DNA of 20,000 nt from Spirogloea muscicola (Eukaryota), in assembly GCA_009602725.1 (NCBI GenBank), contig WELB01000011.1, positions 151,424 to 171,423 on the forward strand, written 5' to 3'. Each line of letters opens with the position of its first letter. The first letter of the stretch is position 1. The position numbers and the translations under genes were made by a program. A model generated the notes under the pieces. The model had not been told where the DNA came from, made no database searches, and worked only from the letters and a program-made list of their open reading frames with translations. Of the stretch, positions 1-15,203 are shown piece after piece.

Positions 1-2283
1 AGAGGCATGGAAAGCAGTGAGTGAGAAGGAGAAATTGCCGTATGTTGCTGCAGCCGACATTGAGTCCTCCAAATACAAGACAGCCAAAGAGGAATATGAG
101 AAGGTGAGCTGCCTAGCAATGTTGTGAGGTTGATGGTCCTACATGTAAATGCTGATGAAGTCAGCAGACGAACGTGCAATAATAGGCTCCTCTTCATCCA
201 ATGTAGTGACAAGACTTTTCAATTCTTGGAGAAGAGAGGATATTATGTTGGGCTGTGGTGGCTTTGAATTACTTACATTGCAATGTTCTCGATGCTTGTT
301 GGTATCCAGAATATTGCCTGCAAAAAGCGTGAGACTGATGCCCTCATAAAGCTCAAGGAGGAGAAGCGGGCTGAAGCTGCCATGGATCTCCTGAGGCAAT
401 TCGAGCTGCACCAACTTGTAAGTACAAGCTTCAGTGACTGCAAACTGCTCAGAAGTACAGACTTTGTTGATGTTAGCCCACTTTAAGGTGTCAAGGACGC
501 CAAGGCCATTTGCACCCAACTCAATGCCTCATGCTAGTGACCTCTAATACCCCCTTGTGCTGCTTGTCACAGGAAGCCCAGGAAATAGATGGCAAGCCTA
601 AGAAGTGAGTCAAAGCTGTCCATCCCTACCTGCCCTATACTGGGTGACTGCCTTCTCCGCAGTAGCTTGGTGTACTTAGTGGACACTGAGGACTGTGGTT
701 GCAGGAAGGAGAAAGATGACACCAAACCTAAGGCGCCAGTGACTGCCTTCTTTGAGTACTGCAAGCAGCGACGTACTGTTTTGGCCAGCGAAGGCATCAG
801 CTTGACAGTGCCCGAGGTCTGTACATGGGTGATACTATTCTATGCTCCTAGAATGGTGAACTCGTACAGGGTCTCCACCTTGCATCTTCACCTCAGAATA
901 CTTGTCACGCCTGTGTTGCTTATCACGTATCTCATCTCCCTAATTTGAATCTGACTAACAGGCGGGCAAGAAGCTTGGTGAAGAATGGAACCTGCTGTCA
1001 GAGAAGCAGAAGGCTCCATACGAAGAGGTACCTTGCGACATCATTTGTGGATTATGTCAAGCCACAATGGGGGTCAGTGTATGCAGTTGTTCTCAGCCCT
1101 CTCCAAAACAAGCAATTTTACTGTACATAGGTAGCTGCTGCCGATCGTGCGCGATACGTAGAGGAGATGGTGGTCTACAAGCTCCAAAAGCAGCAGGTGA
1201 GGCCCTTTCACGATTTCCTTCATTGCCAGGCGAGACATGCACAACTCAAGTATACACAACTCTCTCAGTAGCAACCCTGTTTGACAGTTGCGAGAAGCTG
1301 TAGATAGCATGGAGGTGGACCACAATGCCCTGTGTATGCCTGTCAGGAGCTGGAGGCTATCAAGGCCCTGGCCAATGCTGCACTAGCAAAGGATCAAGAG
1401 GAAGCACGCCAGATGATTTGCCGTGAAGATGAGGAGCTTGCCAAGGTCGCTGCAAAGGCCACAAAGGTAAGAGCTTTATGTGAATTCAGCCATCAACAAG
1501 TACTCTCAGACAGTAACTCAGTGAAGTTTGGGAAGTATCGATACAATTTGACACGAGTAGGGAGCCAATAGGTAAAGAGGTCCAGCCAGAGTTGGCTTAG
1601 CTATGTGATGAGTCTGATTATCTCAATGATTATCTCATTGTGCAGCTTGCCAAGCTTTCGGTACCCAAGCAGCCCAAGGTGGCATCCCGGGTACCTGACA
1701 TGCCAAAGCGCCCGCCCACCAGCTACATCCTTTTCAGGTCCAAGACATAGAGAAGCAATTCTGTAGGCTAGCCGTTAGGTGCTTACTTACTCCAGCGTAT
1801 ACTTCCATGAAAGCTCCTACTGTCAACATGCTGATCTAATGTCTCGGTTTGACATACACAATTCGTTGTGCTTGACAAAGGATGGCTGATATGCACGCGC
1901 CTACATATTGGTGCACCAGCAGCTTGACCTGTACATGTTGCTCCTGCATGATAGTAACTCGGTGCGTCAAGAGCTTGCTGCTGGTGGCGGGGCAAAGCTG
2001 TCCCTTCAAGAGGCAACTGGCATCATCTCGAATAAGTGGCAGGTACACACACCCTGGCTCGGGCCCTTGTGCAATTGAAAAGAGTCTGTCTGATCTATAA
2101 ATCGGGCTGAACATTGACAGCCTGTGGGGCTGACCACATCAACAGGCTCTCCACGCGGATGAGAAGGGTCATTGGGCACAGGTGGCTGCTCCTGCCTGGA
2201 ATGACTACAAGGCTGCCATGAAGGCCTACCGCCTCAGTCACCCTGACATGTTGGACACGGAGTCGGTTACGGGATGCTCATGA
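1..2283 (+). CDS. 3xHMG-box: 3xHMG-box protein (plant triple HMG-box chromatin protein), 5' end upstream of the window
   Basis: GT-AG exons <1-103, 310-417, 573-604, 705-816, 962-1027, 1131-1196, 1347-1466, 1646-1737, 1955-2042 and 2146-2283 (TGA) splice in frame. The product has the end of HMG box 1 (EAWKAVSEKEKLPY..YKTAKEEYEK), box 2 (KPKAPVTAFFEYC..LGEEWNLLSEKQKAPYEE) and box 3 (PKRPPTSYILFS..ISNKWQAL..EKGHW). The linker KRETDALIKLKEEKRAEAAMDLLRQF resembles the plant 3xHMG-box linker as recalled. Confidence 0.88.
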
Positions 2284-3213
2284 TGTGGACAATGGGACAA
2301 GCGCATGGGAGTACCTCAATCAATTAGGAGGTTCTGCACAGCATGATGAACTAGTCAATTTGTCAGTGATGATGTATCTCAATCGTAGCGGCGCTCATAA
2401 GTGCAGTTGCCGTCTTGTTCTGCTGACTAGCAGGCGTAGAAGCCATGTGGAGGTACGGAAAGCACACGTGCCTATCTCAGAGCTGGATGGGCAAAGACTA
2501 CTTTGTCCTCTGAGCTGCTTCTTACTTACTAATTGTAGATAATTTATGTATGGTGATGAGGATGGGTGCTGTGAGGACGATGGCCAGCCTGAGTTCAGAC
2601 GGCTGTTCCTTAGTAGCCTACAGTGCACATTCCTATCAGCTCTCTTATTATGTCAGTTTAAAGGATTGCTTACTCTTCTCGCCTGACCCTCCAGTGCATC
2701 AGCCCATCTGATGCCTTAATGTGCTGCATTGCAGCATTCTAGGTGATGCTCAGGCAGGCCCTATTACAAGCAAAGTCCTTGCCAGCAGTGGCCACTGCAG
2801 TTGTTAGCCAGCGTCATTGGCAGGGTGGGGGAGATGGCCACCACAAAGGAGCTGAAAGTGCCTGCCTTCTGGATGGCGGCCGCTGGAGTGGGTGGGAATC
2901 TCGTTGCCTCATGTACTTCAGAAACATGTTACGTACAGGTCGAAACATTGGATAACGAGGCGCATTAGAGTCACCGGGTCCACTTTTCCGGGCGACTTCT
3001 CAATCAAGAGAATTCTTGATTAGGTGACCGAGGCGGCCCGCGAACTGTCCTCTCCCAGCGCGCCGGGAGCTCCCGGTCAAGCGCCGCATTCTCAAATGCA
3101 AAGCTTTCTCCATGCTCAACCGTCACTTCAGCGTGCCATTTTAGTTGACTGATGCATCCGTATAGCATGACCCAGCGACTGGCAAGCAATGTGAGCTGCA
3201 TCGGAGGGGCGTT

Positions 3214-5420
<2,207 letters not shown>

Positions 5421-5691
5421 NNNNNNNNNNNNNNNNNNNNNNNNNNNNNNNNNNNNNNNNNNNNNNNNNNNNNNNNNNNNNNNNNNNNNNNNNNNNNNNN
5501 NNNNNNNNNNNNNNNNNNNNNNNNNNNNNNNNNNNNNNNNNNNNNNNNNNNNNNNNNNNNNNNNNNNNNNNNNNNNNNNNNNNNNNNNNNNNNNNNNNNN
5601 NNNNNNNNNNNNNNNNNNNNNNNNNNNNNNNNNNNNNNNNNNNNNNNNNNNNNNNNNNNNNNNNNNNNNNNNNNNNNNNNNNNNNNNNNNN

Positions 5692-5746
5692 NGCCGCCGA
5701 CGCCGTCGGGCTGCCCGCTGCCCTGGATCCGCCGCTGCGCCAACAT
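5692..5746 (-). CDS. Probable first coding exon of the fucosyltransferase (MLAQRRIQGSGQPDGVGG..., runs into the gap)
   Basis: ATG at 5746 directly follows a (GGC)n tract in the GC-rich island, on the same strand as the FucT gene. An alternative ATG lies at 5835. Homology cannot be verified from this short piece. Confidence 0.4.
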
Positions 5747-5747
5747 T

Positions 5748-5749
<2 letters not shown>

Positions 5750-5786
<37 letters not shown>
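5750..5786. repeat. (GCC)n trinucleotide microsatellite, about 12 units
   Basis: Directly visible; lies just upstream of the candidate FucT ATG at 5746. Confidence 0.9.
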
Positions 5787-5789
<3 letters not shown>

Positions 5790-7389
5790 GGGCCTGAGAA
5801 AGGCTCTGCGCAGAGCCTAGATCCTTTGTGGCCATCTAGCAGCGCTGGATTGAGACGTGACTGGTCTGCCGTCCCTCGGAGGCCCCCAGGACTTTAAGCG
5901 CATCTGCGTATACTTGCGGGGCTCCCCGCAGACCATGCTTTGCCATGTGGCGTATACTTCTGTGGCTCCAGCACGAAACCCACGGTAACTTGCTAATACC
6001 ATCCTTTACTAACGTCCTGTGACCTTCACAAAGAGAGAATCTGCAGAGGGGAAATTTGAACTGCCTGATGAATCGGTGGCCGTGACAGAAAGCCCAAAGA
6101 GAACCAACGAAGTCCACGGGAAAGCTCAACGTGGGTAAAAAAAACCACTCAGCAAGATGAGTGGCTTCACGGATGACCAATCAGTGAACACGAGCCTCTA
6201 CAACTGCAAGTCACAACAACTAGCAGCAGGATGTGAGTCGCCCCGCCGATATGCTGTTCTTGGCAGCCAAGGCATGGCCAGTGGGCATAGGCAACGGAAG
6301 AAGACTGCGCGAACTGCTCAGTTGAGCAAGGAGACGCTTACAGTGGTACACCAAAGCCAGCAGTCCACTGGCAATTATGTGGCTGTATTATGCTGCCCCT
6401 GCTGTCGGACGCACATCGCAACAATCACCTGGGGAGGTGGCACTGGAGGAAATTGGTCAGGGGCAACCTGGAGCCTTGCGGATTGCTTCCCACTTGCAAT
6501 GCCCAGCCTGCTTTTGTTCAGCTATCTGCCCCATCAATTAATGGGCCATGTTTCAACTCAGGGGCACAGTGCTCCAAATGGCTGCACAGTGAATACATCT
6601 GCCGAAACTTTGGCAATGGTGGGCTGGAGTGGAGCGGCCTTGTGACTCTTCTACGTAAAGCAAACCCAGCATAAATCATCGACTCAATCACTCAATCAAC
6701 AAACGAGAGGACGCCTTCTGACTTGCCAAATGACATGCCAGGCTGCAGCTACAAGGGCAAGCAAGACCGTATAATGGCGATGTGAAAGGAATGCTTGTGG
6801 CTTCCTCAACCATTGTCCCTCCCAAATCACAATAAGTTGCAATTTTGCCCACTCTGATCAGTGCAGCCTTAAGCCTAAGATGAAGCAAAAGAAAGGGGTC
6901 TAATCTAGTATGGCACTAGTGATAGATGATCTTGACTATCAGAGGACTGCAAAGCAATCTAGGACAATGGAGAACAATGGCTACCGTTACGTGTTGCCCA
7001 ATATGTGCTGCGGCACACCTACTGCAGCGACAATATCTACAAAATGACCTGATCAATAGCTGATCAACAAGAATGCATACACCCATCACCAATAAGATCA
7101 TCTGCACAGATTAATCGATGTCAACTGTCAATTGTCGATTGTCAATTGTCATCCGAATTTTGCAAGATTTATCACATCTCTGTGGGGGCAGCACAAAGTA
7201 TGCGAGTATGTACACGGAATCAAGGCAAGCAATTGCTTCTGGTCATCGAGGATACAATGGTCATCGAGGATACCATAGGATTGCCTGATAGTCATGAAGT
7301 TGCATCACAAGATCACACATACTTGCCAATTTAATCTTCTGTATAATACACGACATATTCTTGCCCAATCCTGAGAAGCTTGCATCCAA

Positions 7390-10318
7390 TCACCTTGTGG
7401 CTGCCGGTTGAGCTTTCTGAAGGCTGGCCAGCTCTTCAATAAGCTTGCGTTCATCTCCAGATAGCCGCTTTGGTATTTCGACCTGCACCTTGACGAGCTG
7501 GTCGCCCCGCTGGCTCGACTTGCCCAGGTATGGCACTCCCCTCTTCGCCATCACGAGCGTTGTACCAGGCTGCACCAGATATGACGTGGATGATGACAAC
7601 TTCAGAGCCAGAGTATAAGGTAGGTACTGTCCAGGTCCCATGAAGTCTACAGGGTGACAAAACAAATGCACATTTCTTGCTTTCTACTTGAAACATCATC
7701 TACATGAGTCTCGTATCTGTGCTTCTCCAAGATACATGCCAAAAGGAGAGCCCATATCCTCCACCTCTCTCATGGATGCGGTTGCTTTACCTTCTGACCC
7801 TTCTAGACACAAATGGAAAAGCAACATTGAGTTGCCCCTTTACCTGGGTGCCAGCTGGTATTCTCAAGTCCACGTCCCCGTCAACGGTGGGTACTTTACT
7901 TGTAGAGCCCAGGATGGCGTCGAGGTACGACACTTTCACGGTGTACAGAATGTCGTTGTTGTCTCGCCGCAGCTGTGGGTCGCTGAGCACATCGATGAAG
8001 ACATAGAGGTCCCCAGGCGGCCCTCCTTTCCGACCTGCACTGCCTTCATTGCGCACCCGCAATCTACTCCCAGCATCGACTCCTGGAGGAATCTGGCACA
8101 ACAGAGACCAAGCAAAGAAATCACTTCACCGAGGCAGGGAATCATCCAGTACCTCTAAGTAATCAACAAGTTCAAAGTGTATCTAATAAGTTTCTTGCTG
8201 CAACTTTGCAAAGACAATGCTTGTATTCGCCCAGACACCTTGCATGGACCCGTAAGTTGAGCAGCCAGTAAAAGAGCCAAAAGCTACTCCTGGCATGATG
8301 TCACGTGCTTCCTGCCAGTGACCCCACCCATGGCATAAGAAAGTGGCAAAGCAGAAGGCGCAAAGACCTTGAGATTTATGCGCTTGGTCTTCCTGACACG
8401 GCCATCTCCCCCACATGTCTGGCACGGCGTGGTCTTCTCGCCGCTGCCGCCGCAAGTGGAGCACGTCGACACCTGCTGGAAGCTGCCCAAGGGAGTCTGG
8501 GCTGTGGTCAACACCTGCACAGAAAGACAGAAAAATGCACATTACTTCTCAATAATGACCAAGAGTCCAGCAATATGCTATAATCATTTACAGGGCTCTA
8601 TGATAAATTTGCAATTCAAGCAATAATGAGCCGCTTAAAATCTAAAACTGTACCTGCCCTTGGCCACCACACTGGGTGCAGGTTGTGGCGGTTGTCCCAG
8701 GCTTGGAACCCGAGCCACTGCACGTCTCACAGGACTCCAACCGCTGCACCTCCAGCTCCTTGTCCACGCCAAAAATCGCGTCCTTGAAGTTGATCGTGAG
8801 GTCATAGCGCTCATCATCCCCAGGCTGAGCCCGATTCCTCGCCTGGCGCGACCCCATGCCCCCCATACCTCCCATGCCGCCCATGCCGCCGAAGAACGTC
8901 TCAAAGAGGTCAAACGGATTATTGAAATCCTGCAAAATGAATCAAGCCGACTTGCCACTGGATCAGCAACCACTTGTCTGTATCCACTCTCCTTGCATCA
9001 GATGGTGCAATCATGTACGACTCATATGCTGCTGTTCCTGCTGTCTGACAGCATACTCACCATGCCTGGACCTCCGGCTCCACTACCCTTCAGACCTGCT
9101 TCTCCAAATCGATCATATATTGACCTCTTCTCATCATCTGAGAGAACCTGCAATGACACCCATAGCATGAACTCATGTCCAAAGGACGACTTAATGGAAT
9201 AAACAGGCAGTGGTAACAATAATTCAGCCTACAGTGCACAGTCTCTGTGCGAGGGCAGGAGCCTTGTTGCCAAAAGGCGGCACACCAAGCCAGATTGTAT
9301 GTGGCAACTAAGGTACTATTCTACTATATATTGGCACATCATGGCATGTTAGGTTAGCTGGCAAAGGAAGCCCTAAGTGCTTTACCTCTGCCACAACCCA
9401 GTCCCGCTTACCTCATAGGCATTGCTAATATCTTTGAATTTCTGCTCTGAGCCGGGCTCCCTGCACACACAGCAACCGCTGTATCACTGGCTTGCTCGGT
9501 GATTAGTCTCCGCAATAAAAATTCCACGTCTTCTTCATCTGCTGCCTGGCTTCTCAGTAACGTTATTGAGCCATAGTATACTCCCTCAATCGACAAAATA
9601 ATAGCCTCATTAATGGACAAAGTCAAAGTTTGAATACAAAGAAGCAAGATCAGGCACAATGCACAGACCCAGCGTATGGACTTACTTGTTCACATCTGGA
9701 TGATATTTGCGCGCCAGCTTCCTGTATGCTGCATGTGATTGTGGAGCTTGCAACCATCAGGTTTCTTGCGACAAAGACACCACAGGAGCAACAACAGACT
9801 CCTGGCTTTGACACAGCAACTTTAGGGCTCCAAAGTTGCTGGACGATCCTCACATGTGAACACAGAGAGCAGCACTTACCACTCTTGATCTCTGTCTTGT
9901 CTGCGTTCTTGCCAACACCCAAAACCCCATAGAAGTCCTGCAATAATGGCCAATTTTTTGTTAAAGGGTATCAACATGTAGTAGAGGAACTTTGCAACCA
10001 TGCATATCTAGATTGCTTAAACAGACACCGATGTATGTCACCAATGTAGCACTCAGCTGCAGCTCGATTTAGTCCACAGTTTCAGCTCCACAAGCCAGCA
10101 AGAGCTCCAATTGACACTTCACGAGGGCTGAATGTCACCAAGAAGCATCTCGAGAATGCAGACATGGATGTGGACAGGCCGCAGCTACTGGCCTCACCGC
10201 ATCAGCCCTGACGATAAGGCCTGCCGCTCTTCCTCTGGCCCGCTTGACGGCGACGGATCGAGACCTCAACGCTGTGCCTCTTGCGAAGGTGCTCGATGGG
10301 CTCGCCATGCAGTGCAGG
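7390..10318 (-). CDS. dnaJ: Class A (type I) DnaJ/Hsp40 chaperone, plastid-type (DJA5/DJA6-like); a further 5' exon near 10600-10800 is likely
   Basis: Exons 10318-10198, 9937-9880, 9728-9686, 9460-9412, 9147-9061, 8929-8654, 8514-8368, 8092-7844 and 7569-7390 (TGA) splice in frame. The J domain reads [37 protein letters not shown]. It is followed by a G/F region ([22 protein letters not shown]), four CxxCxGxG zinc motifs ([32 protein letters not shown]) and a C-terminal domain ([18 protein letters not shown]). The Ser/Arg/Ala-rich N-terminus ending LIVRADA is transit-peptide-like. Confidence 0.94.
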
Positions 10319-11676
10319 CTGCGCCACAGCATAGCAAACAAATTAACAGCAGGCAGTGCGAGCGCGATCTCAGACGTACCCGCATTTTTGAATGTGGACT
10401 GAACGGTAGCAGTGTCACAGCTCACTGCTGTCAGCCATCTCACAGGGCATCTCACAGGGGGACTACCCCCAGCCACCACAACGTTGATCTCATGGTGCCA
10501 CCAGCGGCAACTGTCAGCTGAACGAGGCCTAGGCTAGCCGCCAATGGCCGACATTCATTTTCCAATCAACGGCAACGAAAGAGCCACCGAGGATCGAGGC
10601 AAGCGTGACTCGCAATGGACAGGGCTGACTGACTGACGGAGCGCGTGAAGCGCTGCCGCGAGGCACGACTGGGGCATCGACGTCAGAGCGCGGAGGCGGA
10701 GGAGGAGGGAGAGGCCCTGCACCTCCTGATGCGACACGGCTGCGGCGACGATCCGAGGTGCCCAGGCCCGGCGGAGCCCGCCGGCCCCTTGGCGGCGGCC
10801 GGCTCCGNAGGGGTTGTGATCGATTGCGGGGTAATTGAATGCGGGGGTTTCAGAAGGTAGCCTGTTACTGGACGTCCGCGCCCGAGAATGGATCATGGAT
10901 CTGTGGGGTTTGGGGGGGAGCACGGGGCCCGAACCCTGAACCCTGTCCCCGGCGGAAGCTTCTCGACCAGCCCGCCGGGGTGGCCGCCGCGTGGACACTT
11001 CGACCTCCCTCGGATCCGCGTGATGGACGGCTCGGATGGACGGGGAGTGGACGAGGAGTTGTCGCCTCAGGTTCGCACACTGTCCTGATGGTGTAAGAAG
11101 GAAGATAGCGTGACCACATTTCCGCAACGGCTCGTCCAAAGAAGGCGAGGGTTGTGAAAAGCCACTCAGAGGGAATTGAGAAGGTCCAAAAGGCCGAATG
11201 GACATCAGAAGTACACAGTTATGCAAGTGGCTTACGGTGCATAGGAGCTCAGTAACCCCGAGTCAGCAGCCGCAAGTCGGAGTAACTTACGCAGCTAGCA
11301 ATGACAAGGGCGAGGGCTGTGAGAAGCCCTCGCCCTCTCTAAAGCTTTTGCCGAAAAATGTCGTGTGCAGCTGCACCGCAGGCAGTCAACAGACATGTTG
11401 GTCACTCGTCATGTCCATCGTCCCCTGCGGATCGTCTGTACTGAGGCCTCCGATACTTCACACGTCCCTGGACCAAGCGAAGTTTGGAGGCAGTAGGCAC
11501 CTGCATGAGGCAGGATATACACACCTAGACCCTTGACCCCTTGAGGGTACCGCCTGCACAAATCCCCGACAATCAAGTGATGTCACACCTACTGCCAGGC
11601 ACCACCAAAGCCCCACGAGTTGATTCCTGTTACCATCTCAGCTAGAGCTTTTGTGATTGCACGTAATGCTCGTGTC

Positions 11677-14600
11677 TTAAAGAATGGGTAAGTCTCGAGG
11701 TGCAATGTGCACCATCAGGTCGTTCGCGATGTGTTCCAAGGCTCCCAACTCTCGCTCGGCCAAGAGCGTCGTCACCAGGCAGTCAGAGTCCTCAAGGGGC
11801 GTCCGACCCGTGCGGCCTGCCCGGTGCATATACGACGTGGCATCAGGTGGCACGTCGACGTTGTAGATGTGACTCACGTCGGGGAGGTCGAGCCCCCTGC
11901 TTGCAAGGCTAGTTGCAACCAGCAGCCGGCACCTCCCATCCCGCATATCCTGCGCAACTTCAATGGAGCATTTAGCCACAGGATAGCAATGTTCTTCCCA
12001 TACAGATAGAGATATTGTCAATGGATGCAAAAAGTAGGGGCTGATCAAGCAGTGTACTGTAACCAATACTATACCAACATTGCTTCCATCCTGCATAGGT
12101 CATCTCTTGGCATCACACACAGACAGGAGCACTTGCTGCAGCCACAACAAGCGACGCAGTTGTGGCAGCTCACGTCTCACCTGAACGGTGCCAACTCGGG
12201 CATTCACATGAGAGTCCTCCTTGAGAATGCCCAGCGGCAGCAACAAATCCTTTGCCGGTCTGTCCAAGGGGTTGGCTGCGGCAGCACTTGGCTGCTGCAA
12301 TTCCATCGCTAACTTGGCGGCAACTATCTCCACAAGATGACTATCGCCCGCCCTTTTGGCCTTCTTTGACTGCAACCAACAACTCGTGACCGACCAATTA
12401 CAAGCCCTGTAGAGAGATCACATTCTGTCTCTTGATCTTATGCTGCTAGTGGTCAAAGAGCCGAAGCAGGCCTCAATCTCAACTCATAATCAGAGTCAAA
12501 ATTTGATGGGTCCAATCTATATATTTTTGCTTTGATAGCCAAAAGTATGTATGACCTATCTTCATGGCGAAGTACAGCTGCTTTACAATCCTTCTGTGCC
12601 TTACCTGATCATTTGCAAAAATGATAGCGGCCTGAGGCCTGTCAGCACGGACTGCATCCGCCAGACGCTCCAGCTTCTCCTCCTGGCTGCAGACCTGCAA
12701 AGAGATTGAGGCGTAATCAAGTCAGCACACAACAGCTGCTCCCATGCAGTGAGGTTCAAGGTGATTGTCAAGCGACAAGCTATTATACCAACCAAGATGA
12801 ACCCATGCTCTTCTGCGAAAAGGCGTCAGAGGTTTCTCACGATGTATGAGTGCTGGATACGCGCAGGCACTTTACGTTCTGGCTCCACGTGGATGTGACA
12901 AGCACCTGCCTGTAGGACAAACAGCCATAGACATTGACAACGTTGACAAGTTCCTGTGAGGGTTCTGTTGATGAGGATCTAGAACTTCATAGCAGATTGA
13001 AGTGACTGAGGCACACACAGGCTTCGACTGACCGTGAGCATGCGCAATGAAGTACCACAGAAGCTGACCAGGGCACCTTACCTTGATCCACTTGTTCTTC
13101 ACGCACTCCTGCACAAATCGGCGATGCTGGGGTATTGTGGCGCTAGCAAGGACAGTCTGCCTGTCTGCTGCTGGAGGCAGGTTGACCGTCAAAAGCCTGT
13201 GCAGGGCGTTCGAGCTTGACAGCTTCGTGGCCTCTACAACAGCATCCACCTGATTGGGCACGTTCGTATTGCTCGTCAATTATGCGGTCTGCACTCCAGG
13301 ATAGTTACGAACATCCCTTCCCCGTGGTCGTTAACCACAACTTCTGCCTCCCCCCTTCCCTCCTCCTAAAACCTGAACTCTTAGACCTGCATCTCTAAGC
13401 AGTACCCTAATTTGAGGTACTCTTGTGGTGGGCCTGGGGCTATGTTCACAGGAAAGCAAAGACCTTCGCACTGAAGAACACATTGGCACGTCTAAGTTCA
13501 TGTATTTGAAGATTCTTCCCTACCCCTGAGAGCGATCTATTGTTGTCACTCCTCTGGATGTAATGCAGAGGTCGACAGAGGCTCATGCGTGACTTCCCCC
13601 TATGCTTACCTCATCAACAACAAGGAAGCGCACCGCGTGGCCATGAAGGTGCTTGGCGTCTGCCATCCTCAGGACCTCTTCTGGAGTACCAACCACCAGC
13701 TGCGGAGGCTCGGCCTGGCCAAGCGACACAACCATTGCCAATGGCTTCTCAGCGAGCGACAGCAGAGCAACAATGGTCAGGTTCTGACCAAGCCAGTGCA
13801 TGAAATAAAGGAGCTACACAATTCCTTCTGTTGCATCAACTGCAGCAGTAAAGTCATGCTCAAGGCCTGAGCCCCAAGACCTGACTCTGAATTACAGAAC
13901 ATTAGCACAAACAGATGAGTTGCTAACTTGATATCCTTGCGCTGCAACGTAAATTTTCATACGGAGGGTGTACATTCAGGGTTCAAGCAGAAGAAGGGGC
14001 CGGCAAACCTTGAGCCAGCTGCGTTGGCGGCTCAGCGTCCCCCCTTCCAGCAGTGCCATGACCTGCAGCTTGCTTCCAGTGCTCTGGCCGGGCTGGCCGC
14101 CGGCTGCCAGCTGCCTGGCGAGCTTTGCCACCTGTGCCACCCTGGCGTGCAGATAGAACTCAGGGATGGGGTGCATTGAGGTGTGGCGTGCAGCATCCTA
14201 TTGACTGCATGGTCTACGAGGTGATCAGAGCCTGCTGTTAGGATTGATGGTTTAGATAAGAGGGCATGCTATACCTGCATGCCGAGCTCGCGCGTCGGCA
14301 CCACCACAATGGCTTGCACGGCTGCCCTCAGCGGGTCGATGGTCGCGAGCAGCGGCAGGAGGTAGCACAGGGTCTTGCCAGAGCCAGTCTGCACATAATC
14401 AAGCGCAGCACAAGGCAGAGCCACGTTACAGCAATGTTTCAAGCGAACGCCTCAAGTCTGCGAGCCTAAGGACCCTACGCTGTGTGTCGGCCTGCAAAAC
14501 ATAACAGTCGATGTCTTTACTTTGGTTAGACACTTAGCATCTCCTACTAGTAGTGTAATAGCTGATTGGGCATAATGCACGGCTTAAGTGTGGCGCGCAC

Positions 14601-15024
14601 CTGGGACTGCAGCACACAGTCGCCCCCCCGGAGCAGAGCTGGCAGCGCCTCTCGCTGAGCCCGCGTCGGCGTGCCGTAGCCCAACTCCTCAGCCCTGGGA
14701 GTTTGAGATTCAGGATTTATGCTTAGCCAGCAGTAAGATTCGTGAGTAGGGCTCAGCTACCGCAAGGCACGCGCGGCCATGATGCCGCCGCGCTTAGCTT
14801 ATAACAGCAAGCTCAGCCGGCGAGAAACTCGAGCTTGATTACTACCAACATCATGGGCACATTACTGCTAACACATTACAATTTGCATACTTGCCTATCG
14901 TTATCCTAATGCTCATCCTGTCGCACGCGCCACAGCAAGGCTTGAGCCCCGAGACTCGGGCTAACGAATTCTCCGTTCCCCGCCCAAGCAGCGGCAGCGG
15001 CGACGGCATCGGCGGCGGCGGCGA

Positions 15025-15056
<32 letters not shown>

Positions 15057-15203
15057 GGCAGCTCCTCAGAGCCTCGGCCGAGGGGCGTACCTCCTGAGCA
15101 GCCAGGCGGGCACAAGGCCGCCGCAGAGCTCCGCCAGGGCGCTACCTCCGCAGCCACCGCCGCCTGGGCAGGACTCCGCCGCCGTCGCCGCCTCCGCCGC
15201 CGC
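11677..15203 (-). CDS. RH58: DEAD-box ATP-dependent RNA helicase, RH58-like (plastid); start codon hidden in gap 15204-15719
   Basis: Exons >15203-15091, 14694-14601, 14388-14275, 14131-14009, 13714-13610, 13249-13082, 12909-12841, 12694-12605, 12369-12181 and 11949-11677 (TAA) splice in frame. Motifs: Q (GYGTPTRAQ), I (SQTGSGKT), Ia (PTRELGMQ), II (DE|VD), III (SAT), V (SRGLD), VI (HRAGRTGR). ALLEGGTLSRQRSWLKAEPP and IPQHRRFVQECVKNKW resemble Arabidopsis RH58 as recalled. Confidence 0.9.
14989..15060. repeat. Imperfect (GGC)n trinucleotide repeat in the first visible RH58 intron
   Basis: The run gcagcggcagcggcgacggcatcggcggcggcggcgacggcggcggcggcggc.. is directly visible. Confidence 0.8.

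Noticed and set aside
138..176. Hammerhead-ribozyme-like core (CTGATGA..GTC-AGCA-GAC..GAAC) in the first visible HMG intron
   Set aside because: It has GAAC rather than GAAA, only 3-bp stems and no stem III pairing, so it is probably chance.
2285..3201. Short ORFs between the convergent HMG and FucT stop codons
   Set aside because: No homology or coding signal; consistent with 3'UTR or intergenic sequence.
5836..7107. Several 60-160 aa ORFs between FucT and DnaJ (e.g. 6157-6645)
   Set aside because: No recognisable domain or consistent exon chain; treated as intergenic.
13247..13615. DEVD instead of DEAD in helicase motif II, as a possible inactive helicase
   Set aside because: DExD variants are normal, RH58 as recalled also has DEVD, and the other motifs are intact.
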